The position numbers and the translations under genes are program-made. The notes under the pieces were generated by a model that saw nothing but the letters and a program-made list of their open reading frames with translations, made no database searches and was not told where the DNA came from. A stretch of 64,000 bases of DNA, taken from positions 36,022,001 to 36,086,000 of the forward strand of contig OX597822.1 of NCBI GenBank assembly GCA_951406725.2, in the 5' to 3' direction. The DNA comes from Octopus vulgaris. Its lineage: Eukaryota. Shown here one piece after another: positions 40,575-53,695 of this stretch (its first letter is position 1; each line of letters starts with the position of its first letter).

Positions 40575-41057
40575 TCTTCCAATCAGGACTCACGCCATTA
40601 GCCACAAAGAATAATCTCTAATTCGAGCCTACTATAAGCTACTAAGAATGCGTGTGGCAACTTGAAGATCCACCCACCACACGCAACAGACTGGCGGTTG
40701 CATGGACGTGAAAGCTGCGTTGTTATCCTCATTCCGTAAACGGTGGCTTTTAATGGGTGGAGAGCTGAACCATCCTAGGGTAGAGAGGATTCGCAATCTA
40801 GACTAGGGTCTGAAAGCTTACCACACCATAGTGGGTTACACCATGGTTCCTCGGCTTTGTGGCAGAAGTAGGAAGAAAGAGTGAGAGAAAGTTGAGGTGA
40901 AAGAATACAGCGGGGTTCACCCCCGCCCCCCGCCGGATCCACGGGGAACTTAGGTGTTTTTGCTCAGTAAACACTCACAATGCCCGGTCTGCGAATTGAA
41001 ACCACATTCTTACAACCACAAGTCCGCTGCCCTAACCACTGGGCCATTGCACCTCCA
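40575..41057 (-). mobile_element. SINE with family-C tRNA head and a different 3' body, inserted in a CAG-rich tract of gag
   Basis: Head matches 1853-2030; body 40575-40850 unrelated to the body of 2030-2220; (GAA)-rich tail. Confidence 0.65.
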
Positions 41058-42889
41058 CTGCTGCTGTTGCTTTTGCAACTGTAATATGCCAGCTAATAGG
41101 TCTCTTATAATTAACAAACTTTTTGTATCATAAAAAATTGTTAATGACCAACGTAAGCTTCAAATCACTCATCACCTCTTTTATAATATGATTTCTGTAC
41201 ATATCACCTTAGTGTCATGCACTAATACAGTGTGATATATATAGTGCTAGGGAATGGAGTAGACACCAACTGTCTCCACTTGATGTATTCCCGAATACTC
41301 TGCCAACAACTGTAACCAGTTCAAAACAACTCTCAATGCACTGTAACACCTTCTCAACAATTTCCTGTGACTCCATGAACTCACAAACAACACTTTTCGA
41401 CCTCCTGTGATTTCTCATCTCCTTCCATCAGTCAAACAAGCTGCCACTTATACAAGTTCAGCTAGTCCATTCTTGCCATGACATGGTAGAAAAAAATATG
41501 TTGCAGTGTTTAGCAACATTATGTCCTAGGTTCAAATTACATTGGAGCTGACTTTATCTTTAATGTTTCCAGATCTAAATAAAGTCAAGTCCCAATTAAC
41601 TACCGGCATCAATATAATCACACAAATATAAGGTGGTGAGCTGGAAGAATCATTAGCACAGTGCTAAGTGGCATTTGGTCCATCTGTACATTCTGAGTCC
41701 AACTACTATCAAAGTCAACTTCGCTTTCTATCCTTATGGGTTGATAAAATAAGTACCAGTTGAGAACTGGGGTCAAGGTAAGTGACTCAGCCCCCTCCCT
41801 TGAAATTCCTGGCCTTGTGCCAAAATTTGAAAGCAATATAATCACAGAAATTTCTAGTATTTTGCTTATCTATGAGATCATCATCATATTTTAGTGTCCA
41901 CTTATCCAAGACTGCGTGGGTCAGACAGAATTTGTTGGGGCAGATTTCCTACAGCCTGATGCCCTTCTTGTAGCCAATCTTTACCTGCTTTCTAACGAGG
42001 TAATATTTCTTCATGGCCAGACATGTTTTCATGGAAGACTGGAAATGAACAACTTTGTTTGTATGACAGTGATGCTCATTTACAATCATCGCTTGATATC
42101 TATCTAGACAACAGTACACACAAAATTACACACACACATACACACACACTCGCATACACGATGGACTTCTTCTCAGTTTCCCTCTACTAGATCCACTCAC
42201 AATGCTTTGTTGTTGGCCCAGGTTTGTAGTAGAAAATATTTGCCCAATGTGTCACACATTGAAACTGAACTTAAAACCACATGGTTGGGAAACAAGCTTC
42301 TTAACCACATACTCTTTTACTCGTTTCAGTCATTTGACTGCAGCCATGCTGGGGCACCTCCTTTAGTTGAACAAATCGACCCCAGGGCATTCTTTGTAAG
42401 CGATATAATTAATTAACCTTTACCTTCAAATTATTGGCTTTGTGCCTCAGCTACAAACTAATGGTATCCAGCTGGAAGAATTTTTAGCACACCACACAAA
42501 AAGCTTAGGGACATTTCTTTTTGTTCTGAGCTCAAATCTCACTGAGATCAACTTTGCCTTACATCCATGCAAGGTTGTTAAAATAAAATACCAATCAAGT
42601 ACCAGGGTCAATGTAACTGATTTGTCCCATCCCTTAAAACTGCTGACTTTATGCCAAGATTAGAAAGAATTTAAGGCAGTGAGCTGGCAAAAACATTCCT
42701 ACACCAGGCAAAATGCATCTTTACATTCTGAGTTCAAATTCCATTGTGATCAACTTTGGTTTTCGTCCTTTCATGATCAATAAAATAAGTACCAGTTGAA
42801 CACAGGGGTTAATGTAATCGACTATCCCCCTCCCACAAAATTTCTGGCCTTGTGCCTATAGTAGAAAGGATTAACTATTATTATTATTC

Positions 42890-44430
42890 AGTAGTCTTAT
42901 TTTTATCATGTGCTTTCACTGCACTACAGAGCGCAGTTCTGTGTGCCTTGGGTATGTGCTGTGGTTTGTTGTGATGCTCTTATGGTTATTGTATCGAAAG
43001 TGTTTTACGTAGGAAGTATGTGGTGTCTAGTAGTGGTATTTTCTGTATGTTATAGATACTTGTTAGTCCTGGTATTTTTGTTATGTATTTATCTGAATAT
43101 TTTTTTATCATACCTAACACACCTACTATGATAGGAATTATTTCTGTTTTTAGACTCTACATTCAAGTTACCTCTATTTCCAGGTCGTATTTTGATGGGT
43201 TATCCATTTCTTTTCGAGAAACGTTGTCATCTCTTGCTATTGATACATCGATTAGAAAGCATATTTTTTCTTGATGATCTCTGACAACTATATCTGGCCT
43301 ATTGTCCTTCATTTCTCTATCTGTGTGTAATGGCATATCCCAAAGTATGGTTGCTTTCTCATTTTCTGTGACTTTTTCTGGTGTGTGCCTATACCATCTT
43401 TTTTCTGTTGTTATTCCATAGTGTTGGCTTAGCTTCCAGAGTATATAGATCTCAACTCTATCATGTCTGTAAATATATTCCTTCTTAGCCAGGATTGGGA
43501 AGCCAGAGACAATATTATCATTATTATTATTATCATTATTATTTTGGTTTGGTTCAGGTTTGGTCTTATTCCCAGTAGGAATTATGTGGATAGCAGATCA
43601 CTACTAGTAATCTTAAGTATCCACAAGTTTTCAGCAGTCTTGAAGTGCTTAGAGCCCTCCTGATAATCCTTGCCGTCCTTAAGAAACAAACTTTTTGTAG
43701 GAGCTCCACCGAGTATTCTATTTCAATCTCCTTCAGCCATTTGTCTATATCTTGGCTTACTATTCCCAGTGCACCAATTACTACTGACACGACCTTTACT
43801 GTTTGCATGCTCCAAATTCTTCTTATTTCAAATTTTATGGGTTTGATTATTTTTTTTGTTTTTCTTCCTCTTTCTTTACAATCCTGGAATCGAGCAGGCA
43901 TCCTAGAATCAACTAAGCAACTTCACTTTTCTTTATCTATAATCATTATGTCTGGTCTATTATTTTCTAATTTCTTGTCTGTTTGAATAGGAAAGTCCCA
44001 CAAAATCTTACACTTCTCCAACTCCAGTACCCTTTTGGCTCGATGATTACACCATGTGTTTCCAGCTTCAAATCCCCATTTCTGAAACAGTTTCCAGTGT
44101 ATAACTTTTATGATCTGGTCATGCCTCCATTTCTTATATTCTTTTTGTGCCAACTTTGGGCATTCTTCCACGATGTGTGCCATTGTCATGTTCTAGGTTC
44201 CACTATTTACTATTATTATTACCATTATTATTATTATTATCATCATCATCAGTCTGTTACATGTAAATTCAATTAGCAGGGGTGTTATCCTGAAGTTTGG
44301 CAGCAAGTCTCCTCCAATCTCAAGAATATTTCTTAGAATTTTTGAAGAATGCAGGATGGCACTTTTGTGCTGTTTTGATGGCACATACCTCAATTCAATA
44401 TCCTTCAGCCTCGCAGACAGCAGTTTATAT
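42890..44430 (-). mobile_element. Three stacked 5'-truncated R4/Dong-like non-LTR elements (restriction-like endonuclease)
   Basis: HIVEECPKLAQKEYKKWRHD, ILWDFPIQTDKKLENNRPDIMIIDK, VVIGALG; second copy RHDRV...ILWDMPLHTDREMKDNRPDIVV; separated by (ATT)n tracts. Confidence 0.85.
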
Positions 44431-45743
44431 GCTGTGCTGAGTGATATTATTGTTGTTGTATCGTATCATTTAGTTTTTGTATGTATCTTCTTTTTTCCAT
44501 ATAATTACTGGAATGTCATAGCCAATCTTATGTGCAGGATTTGACTCCATACACGCTAACAGAAAATAACTATGTAATTATCCATGTCCAGTAAAAACCA
44601 GGTAATTATGCTAATTCATAAAAGCTTATCATTTATTTTATTTAAACTATTGGTCATTTTCATCATCACCATTTAATAACCGAATTTTATGCTCGCATGG
44701 TTTGGACAGTTTGACAGAAATGGATGTCTGAAGACTGTATCAAGCCCTGCTGTCTAAATTGGCATGATTTCTATGGCTGCATTTCCTTTCTGATGCCAAC
44801 CAATTTACAGAGTGCACTGGGTGCTTTTTACATGGCACCAGTAATTTTCAGGACAAAACCCCTCGACTGAGCAGGGTGGGAGTAGTAATGAAGTACAAAA
44901 AAAAGGAAAAATATGGCAACCTCAGGTGGAGAGATAGAGAGAGAGAGAAAGAGAGAAGATGATAAAGATGTGATGAGTAGAAGATAGTTATTTTATTTTT
45001 CTCCAATGGAATTTTCTTAATGCAAATATTCCTCAGATCTATGTACTTGTTGCCGGTCAGTCTTTAATATTTTGTGTTGTTGTTCTAAATTGTCAGGGGT
45101 CACCACTTTTTAGTAGAGTGTAAATAAGATGTTACCACTAACTTTTGCGTGAAGAATGCAATAAGGAAATGAGACATCATTTAACATTAAACTATTTTTT
45201 ATTGTTGTGAGTGAAAGCAATGAGCTGAAGTGTCTCAGTCAAAATATATACAATACTCACATAGAGAGTTCATAGAAATTACTGGAGTTAACACAGCTAA
45301 AGCAAAACATTTTGTAAATAATGAGTATACTTTGTTGAACATGTGGTCAGAGAAAAATAGCAATAGGCAGAACATTTCAGTGAAGCTCTTGCATGCTGTT
45401 CTGGCATAGGTAAACCAAAAGAGAGATCCATGTTTCTTGGTGCCCAAGCAGTGAGAGAGAGATTCATAACCACTGGAATATATAGGTGTCAGCTGCAACA
45501 CTACCAGCAAAGGGATATAATTCATCTAACATTGCTAGTCTACTACAGTTCTCATAGGACAAACTTGTTAAATGGGTCTTGATTTCTTAGTTTATGGCGA
45601 TTTTGTTGTTTATATTATACACTGCATTGATATTACAGGATTGTTCTTCATTAGGATTCTACTTAGGGCTATGATAACACTTTTCTAATTACAGCTATGG
45701 TAATTCTTATTTAAGGATTTCTAGTTTAGAAAAGTTTTGTCTC

Positions 45744-45795
<52 letters not shown>

Positions 45796-46103
45796 GGTGC
45801 AGGAGTGGCTGTGTGTTAAGTAGCTTGCTTTCCAACCACATGGTTCTGGGTTCAGTCTCACTGTGTGGTATTTATGTATTTAAGTATGTATGTATGTATG
45901 TATGTATATGTTTGTGCATCTGTGTTTGTCCCCCTAGCATCGCTTGACAACTGATGCTGGTTTGTTTATATCCCAGTAACTTAGTGGTTTGGTAAAAGAG
46001 ACTGATAGAATAAGTGCTAGGCTTAAAAAGAACAAGTCCTGCAGGTCGATTTGCTCAACTAAAGGCAGTGCTCCAGCATGGCCACAGTCAAATGACTGAA
46101 ACA

Positions 46104-46138
<35 letters not shown>

Positions 46139-46559
46139 TATATATATACATACATATATATACACACATACATATATATATATATACACACACATACATA
46201 TATATATACACACACATATATACATATACACACACACACATATATACACACACACATATATATACACACACACATATATACACACACACATATATATATA
46301 CATACATACACACACACATATATATACATACGTACACATACACACATATATATACATACGTACACATACACACATATATATATATAAATACATACATATA
46401 TACACACACATATCTATACAAAACCAATGCATTCTGGTTATTCTAATAACCTGTATAATAGAAGTGAAAAATACCTTTTTAAGGAATTGCTTTATTTTCA
46501 TGCAGTTGCAGCAGGTTACCCACTGAACACTATTTACACATAAAAATAACAATCTGTTG

Positions 46560-46602
<43 letters not shown>

Positions 46603-47124
46603 GTGTTAGTCATGTTTAATAATATTAGCAGCAAATGAAAACAAGTTTTTATCTGTCAACAGATGTTGATTTGATATTTTTATCTTGTTTTATTGTGAGA
46701 GAATTTAGCACCAACAATATTCAGTTATCTACCTGGGTAGAAGATAACAGTTTTTCCTTCAGATGCTGGTAACAGTCATGTTTAGCATAGTTTACTATTT
46801 TAATATCACTATCAAGTATAAGGTGGAGAAATACTGGTAAGAATCAGTCGAGCATTGGATATAACAAAATGTCTTGCAGAATTTCATTATTTTCTTTTAG
46901 GTTCCAAGCTCAAATTTTAACATCTTTTTAGCTTTTGTCTTTAACGGGTGTCAGTCATTGGACTATGGCCATGCTCAGGCACCACCTTGAAGGCTTTTAG
47001 TCAAACAGACTGACCCCAGCTCTTATTTTAATGCCTGATACTTATTCTATAGGTCTCTATTGCTGAACTGTTAAGTTATGTGGATGTAAATAAACCAATA
47101 GCAGTCATGAAGTAGTGGGAGAGA

Positions 47125-47595
47125 CACAACTGGTACTTAATTTATTGACCCCAAAATGATGAAAAGCGAAGTTGACCACAGCGGAATTTGAACTCAGAAT
47201 GTAAAGACAGATGAAAAACCTATTTCTTTACTACCCACAAGGGGCTAAACACAGAGAGGACAAACAAGGTCAGACAAACGGATTAAGTCGATTATATCAC
47301 CCCCAGTGCATAACTGGTACTTATTTAATCGACCCCGAAAGGATGAAAGACAAAGTCGACCTCGGTGGAATTTGAACTCAGAACATAGCAGCAGACGAAA
47401 TACCACTAAGCATTTCGCCCGGTGTGCTAACATTTCTGCCAGCTTGCCGCCTTAGTCATAGAGAAATATTATCTTGCTAGGAAACAAGTAAAGGTTGGTG
47501 ACAGGAAAGGTATCTAGTTGTAGAGTGTCTGTCTCAATGAGTTTACATATATATATATATATATATACTTGGTTGGTTGTGTATGTGTGTGTGTG

Positions 47596-47642
<47 letters not shown>

Positions 47643-48313
47643 GTGTGCGCACGCTTCAGGTTTGAGTAACATATAATTGGAAGTTCATCCATTACACAAA
47701 CCCTCTCCAGTTAAAGGATTTCAAAAATTATTTTTCTCATATTTTAGTCTTTCAGCTTTTCTTCTGGCTTACTTTCTTTGTTAAATGTAGAATATTGGAA
47801 ATAGAGTGTTTTTTTATCTCTCCAATTTTACTTCAATCATCATCCCCATCATCATTTTAACATCTACTTTTCCATGCTTCTAAGGGTCAAACAGAACTCA
47901 TTGAGACAGACACTCTACAACTAGATACCTTTCCTGTCACCAACCTTTACTTGTTTCCTAGCAAGATAATATTTCTCTATGACTAAGGCGGCGAGCTGGC
48001 AGAAACGTCAGCACGCCAGGCGAAATGCTTAGCGGTATTTCATCTGCTGCTACGTTCTGAGTTCAAATTCCACCGAGGTTGACTTTGCCTTTCATCCTTT
48101 CGGGGTTGATTAAATAAGTACCAGTTATGCACTGGGGTCGATATAATCGACTTAATCCATTTGTCTGTCCTTGTTTGTCCTCTCTGTGTTTAGCCCCTTG
48201 TGGGTAGTAAAGAAATAGGTATTTCATCTGTCTTTACATTCTGAGTTCAAATTCCGCTGTGGTCAACTTCGCCTTTCATCGTTTTGGGGTCAATAAATTA
48301 AGTACCAGTTGTG
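47125..48313. repeat. 419-bp inverted duplication (47125-47543 vs 47895-48313)
   Basis: Both arms contain the same SINE-into-repeat junction and ~90 bp of near-identical flank. Confidence 0.9.
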
Positions 48314-49727
48314 TACTGGAGTCGATCTAATCGACTGGCCCCTTCCCCAAAAATTTCAGGCATTGTGCCTAGAGTAGAAAAGAATACATCTCCATGACTG
48401 AATATGACTTCATGGAAAATTGAAAACAAAGGAGACCTCTTGCATGGTGGTGACACTCGTTTACAACTATTAAACAATGTCAAAACAAGGATGCATGCAT
48501 GCATGTTTGCACATGTGATATAGGCTTCCACAATTTCTGTCTATAAAATCCACTCACAAGGGTTTGGTCAGCCAAGCTCTATAGCAAATTATACTTGCCC
48601 AAGATTCCACACAGAGGGACCGAGCCCAAACTACATGCCTGTACCTACCCACACCTGTGCCTATTATATTTTCTAATTCCTCTCTTCTTTTGTCTTCTAT
48701 GTACTTTTAGGAGTTTTTTTTTAAAAAAACATTTTCTTTTGTTCTCATGCAAATCTTTTTTCCAGTTTAACTGATTCCCAATTTCTACTATATCAAAACA
48801 CTAGATTGACAGAATTGGTAGAGAGTTGAACAAAATATCTTGTGGCATTTAGGAATATCATTTCGTGTGTGTGTTCAAATCTCATGGAAGTAAACTTTGC
48901 TCTCCGTTGATAAAACAAATACTAGGGTCACTTTGCGGTATGTGGGTATTTTGAAAATACCGCACAGAGTGACAACCAAGCCCTGCATAGTTATGGGCTG
49001 CCTTTTAACAAGGCATAGCAACCATTCAGCCACCCTGCCAGGGATACAGCATAGTCATGAGACTGCAACATGGCAGATTGTGAAGTAGTAGTGGAAGAGC
49101 TCAACAGAGCCAACAGTGTTTCTTACATTGATGCTAAGCAGAGTAATCCTAGAAGATCAACTGTCAGGATCACTAACCTCTATCACCACATCCAAAGGGA
49201 TGGCGACCATGGTTGTGTAAGCAGCTAATGAAAGATTCACTATGGCTCAAGCTTCCTATTCAAATTCATAATAATGGAACTGAATGTCAAAAGAGAGTCA
49301 TGGAAATCTATAAAAGCAGTATAAAAAAAAGAGTTACTAAATATTTGGACTACCCTGTTCTCTCAGATGTACAGTTTTATGATCATTATTGTTAGAAGCA
49401 TCACAACAATCAAACTGGCAGAATCATTAGTGTACTGGACAAAATGTTCGGCAGCATTTTTCTTCTGGCTCTTTATATTCTGAGTTTAAATTCTACCCAA
49501 GTCAATTTTGCCTTTTATTCTTTTAGGGTCAATAGAATATTACCAGTCTAGCAGTGGTGTTGATGCCATCAACTTGTCCCTTCCTGTCAAAGTTGCTGGC
49601 TTTGTACTAAAGTTTGAAACCATTATTATCAGCAGCATCAGTCATGTACTAAGGTCAGTGTAATAAACTATGCCCTTTTCTGCTAAAATTTCCAGCCTTG
49701 TGCTAAAATTTGAAACAATGTCAGAAG

Positions 49728-50492
49728 CAGCTTTGGATTAACCATTAAGCAAAATAAGCAAGTGCTTAGGGCATCGAAGGAAGCAGGGCAGCACAGAAAT
49801 GGTAAATGGTTTATTGCACAAAAGAAATCACTTTAAACTTGCCAAAATAATATTCACAGTGGTTTATCACCCTCGTTGTTGTCATCATCATCATTTAACA
49901 TCCACCCTTCCATGTTGGCATGGGTTTGACAGGAGCTGGCCAGGTAGAAGACTACCCCAGGCTACTGGGTCTGTTTTGGCATGGTTTTTATGGCTGGATG
50001 CCAACTACCCTATAGAGCGGACTGAGCACTTTTTATGTCCCATAAGCACAGGCAAGGTCAGTTTTACCATGGTTTTTACAGCTAGATGCCTCTCCAAATG
50101 CCAACCACTTCACAGTGTGGACTGGATGTTTTTTATGTGACACCAGCACTGGCAGGATCACCAAGTAACAAGAGGTGAGGGGCATTGGAGGCAGTGATCT
50201 TGTATCAGATGATGAAAAGTTAGAGTATATATGATCAGAAATATAACTTGGAAGTGTTCATGATGTCATAGTGAGGATCTGAATCAAAGTAGGAGAAACT
50301 TTTCAAATATAAATAAAGTAGAAGCATACAAAAATAAACATTATTTTCCATTTTACTGTTAGTTTTGTTTCATTTTAGAATAAACAAATTTATTTTATAG
50401 TATATCATTATTTATACTTTGGATTACATATATATGAAGCCATCAATATCTCTCAAGTGCTTAGGGCCTCTATAGGTCTTAATCCACCCCTG
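49728..50492. mobile_element. hAT-type MITE interrupted by an RTE 3' fragment
   Basis: 8-bp TSD gtcagaag/atcagaag; TIR cagctttggattaa / ttaatccacccctg; subterminal caagtgcttagggc repeat. Confidence 0.6.
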
Positions 50493-50617
50493 ATCAGAAG
50501 CTTCAATTTCTTTCCCTGCATGATATTCCTTTTATCTCTTACTTTACTCTTATATTTCAGGGAATAGTCAATGATAAAACAGGTCAGGGACAGAAAGAAA
50601 TACACATCTCAAGCAAA

Positions 50618-50943
50618 ATGTCCCGTATCTACCTACCAAAAATTTCTAAAGTGAGTACTCCGGTGTTCCATCGATCTTGCACAAATTATTCAAAGATTTT
50701 CGGGCCCTATCCACCAAAAGAACTTACAAAAGTACCGAGTGACAAGATCAAAATACCCCCACGAATAAATCCTTTGAAACCTTTGACACCAAAGAAACGA
50801 ATTAATATGCACTGGGAAACTTATGACCAGCATTGGCAGAATGAACACCGAAGTCTGCGTATGAGACAGAAAGAGCACACTCGATATCATAATGCTTGGG
50901 AGAAACCATTTTATGGCCAGCCAGCTGAGAAAGAAGCTTACAG
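50618..50943 (+). CDS. First coding exon (exon 50561-50943) of an uncharacterised protein
   Basis: Polypyrimidine tract + tttcAG at 50559-50560; ATG 50618; non-repetitive 108-codon ORF MSRIYLPKISK...HNAWEKPFYGQPAEKEAY; donor cag|gtttgt, phase 2. Confidence 0.8.
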
Positions 50944-52612
50944 GTTTGTATGGCCTTAAACAGACTAACCTAGAATGAAAGAAAAGGGAGAGAGTGAAGA
51001 AGAGAAAGAGAGACAATAAGAGAGAGGGGATACGATCTAATGAAACAAAGAAAGAATAGAATAGAAATACAATAAGGTAATAGGAGGAGTAGAGAGATAA
51101 ATGACGAAAAAACAACCTTACAGTGTGTATACATACACACTTATAATGCTCAGGCATGGCTATGTAGTCAAGAAGTTTGTTTCCCATCATGTGATTTGGA
51201 GTTCAATCCTGCTGCATGGCACCTTAGGCAAGTGTCTTCTAGCAAAGCCATGAGCTGACTTAAAAATCATGTGAATGGATTTATTAGACAGAAATAGAAA
51301 GAGGTCCATTTTGTGTGTCCTTGTCTTGACATTGTATGATACTTGTAAAAGGGGATCACTATAATATAAGCAAAGTCATTCATTTCTGAAATATTACCTC
51401 TACTTAGAAACAAGTGAGGGTAAATGACAGGAAAAGTGTCTAACCATAGAAAATCTACCTCAACAAATCCCATTTGACTCGTGTAAGTACAGAAAAGAGG
51501 ACATTAAATGATGATGATTATGCATACACACACACACACACACACACTACTGGTAACATGTAACCCAGTATAACCTGCTGCATGGTTGAGTCATTGGCAA
51601 CTAAACTGGTAGCATCACCAACCTTGCTTAGAGAAGAGAGTGATTTCTGGACACCCTGTGAGACGAAAAACAAGACCTGTCAAAGAGTGAAGGAACTCAA
51701 AAGAGCCAATAGCCATCTAATATAGTCAAGGGAAGATGGTGCTCACCAGTCCTAGTGAAAACAATCCACTGAGGAGAAGGAAATCCCTGAAATAAAAGCC
51801 ATTCATTAAGGACCTACAACCAGCTGATATTATTTTGCACAGAAAAAATTATGACATGAAGACAGGTTATAGGCCTGTCCATGGATGGCTTGTATATGAC
51901 AGACTTCTTCAAGTTTCTGTCTCCCATATCAACTCACAAGGCTTTTTTTTGGCCCAAGGTTTTTTGTGGAACATATTAAGGCCAAAGTTTTACACACTGG
52001 AACTAACATACCGAATGACTGCAAAACAAACTTCCTAACTACACAGAAATGTCTGCACCCATCAACCTATCTAAATGTCACCTAGGTAAATAGATTTAAC
52101 TAATAGCTGTCAATGTTCACCAATGATAACATTCTTATTTCAAGAGAAAAATGCAGTCTCTTGAATAGTGTCAAACCTATTCAAGAGATATTTCTTAATA
52201 AAATCAATAAGTTGTGTGTACAGTATGGAAGGCTTAAAGTTGTTATCTTGATTACTATCACTGGAGATATGTATATATATTTGTTTAAATAATGGTATAT
52301 GTTTTAACCCCTATCACCTCTCCCAGCTAATAATGTACTTCTATCAGGTCAATCAGGTCTCTCAGCTATTTTACTCATCCTGTTTTCTTTCTTACAGATA
52401 TATTGATTGACGTGCATTTATCTATATTTTTTTCCTTGTGATTATATAAACTACCGACCTCTCTTACTTCCTCTCTCAATGTGACTCACTCTCTTTTTTA
52501 CTCTCTTACTTTTTCTCTCTCTCTCTTACTCTCCACTTGGCCTTAATTTACAATAGTAGCTGTGGCCTAATTATAAATGTATGAATAAAAATATAAACAT
52601 ATATACACACTC

Positions 52613-52795
52613 ATACCATATCTTAACATGTATAAGGAACCCTTTCTTGTTAAAAATTAGGTTAAAAAAATATGGGAGTTTCTTATACAGGGATAGTATT
52701 ATAATTCCTTACTAAACCTTTTTTCCAAATTTTAAGCCCCCAAAATTAGGGGTTTCCTTATACACGAGGGATCCTTAAACACATTAAAATATGGT
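52613..52795. mobile_element. MITE
   Basis: TIRs taccatatcttaacatgtataaggaaccc / ggatccttaaacacattaaaatatggta. Confidence 0.6.
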
Positions 52796-53653
52796 ATATA
52801 TATAACAGAGAAAGCAGATTTCATATACGAGAGGTGCATGATCTACAAGGATAATAAGCCACTTTGACATCATGGGCAAAAGATTCCATCAAATTCCTGG
52901 ATGGTTACTTAGACGCTTTAATCAGAAGCGGAGTGGGGTGGGGTGGGATTAAGTTCTGAAAGCATAGTAGACAGAGTAAAATGAGTTGGAAAAAGTTCAG
53001 GGGCCTATTATGTCTGTGAGCAACAAGGGGCTTTTCGTTCAGGATAAAGAACAGATTGTGTGATGCATGTATATGAAGTGTGATGCAGCATGATAGGGAG
53101 GCATAGGTTTTGATAGTGTGTCCTTGTGTTCGTGTGTTTATTACCTGTGACTTAGCAGTTCAGCAAATAGAAAACAAATGGTTCATTTATAGTGATCAAA
53201 TGTTTGTGTTGCACATTAGCTCACTCTTTCCATCAAATCGACATTGTCTGAACAGGTGCACTGTGTACAACACATCAGGTGTTGAAGTGATTGCAGAGCA
53301 ATATGAAATGAAGTGTTTTGCTCAAGAACACAATGCACAACCAGTCTAAGAATTGAAATCACAATCACTAGATCATGAGTACAACACCCTAAAGACTAGG
53401 CCAAGAACCCTCACTATATATGTGTGTGTGTGTGTGTGTGTACAAGTATGTATATGTATTCATTTATTCTTTTACTTGCTTCAATCATTTGACTGCAGCC
53501 ATGCTGGAGCACTACCTTAAAGGGTTTTAGTCAAAGAAATTAACCCCAGGACTTATTCTTTGTCAGCCTAGTACTTATTCTATTGGTCACGTTTGAAGAA
53601 CATAAACACACCAGCATCGGTTGTCAAGTGATGACAGGGTGCAAATACAGACA

Positions 53654-53695
<42 letters not shown>

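Larger units (their letters stand above)
35551..41483 (-). mobile_element. Decayed full-length Ty3/gypsy (K02A2.6/Mag-like) LTR retrotransposon
   Basis: Direct-repeat LTRs (~35551-35873, ~41182-41483); polypurine tract aaaagggggaga next to the left LTR; PBS-like aggtgatgag next to the right LTR; gag 39796-40461; RT PYLDD 38614-39021; RNase H ASDAS/YSQIEKEALA/TDH 38105-38395; integrase HMGYPG...CRGC; frameshifts and stops throughout. Confidence 0.92.
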
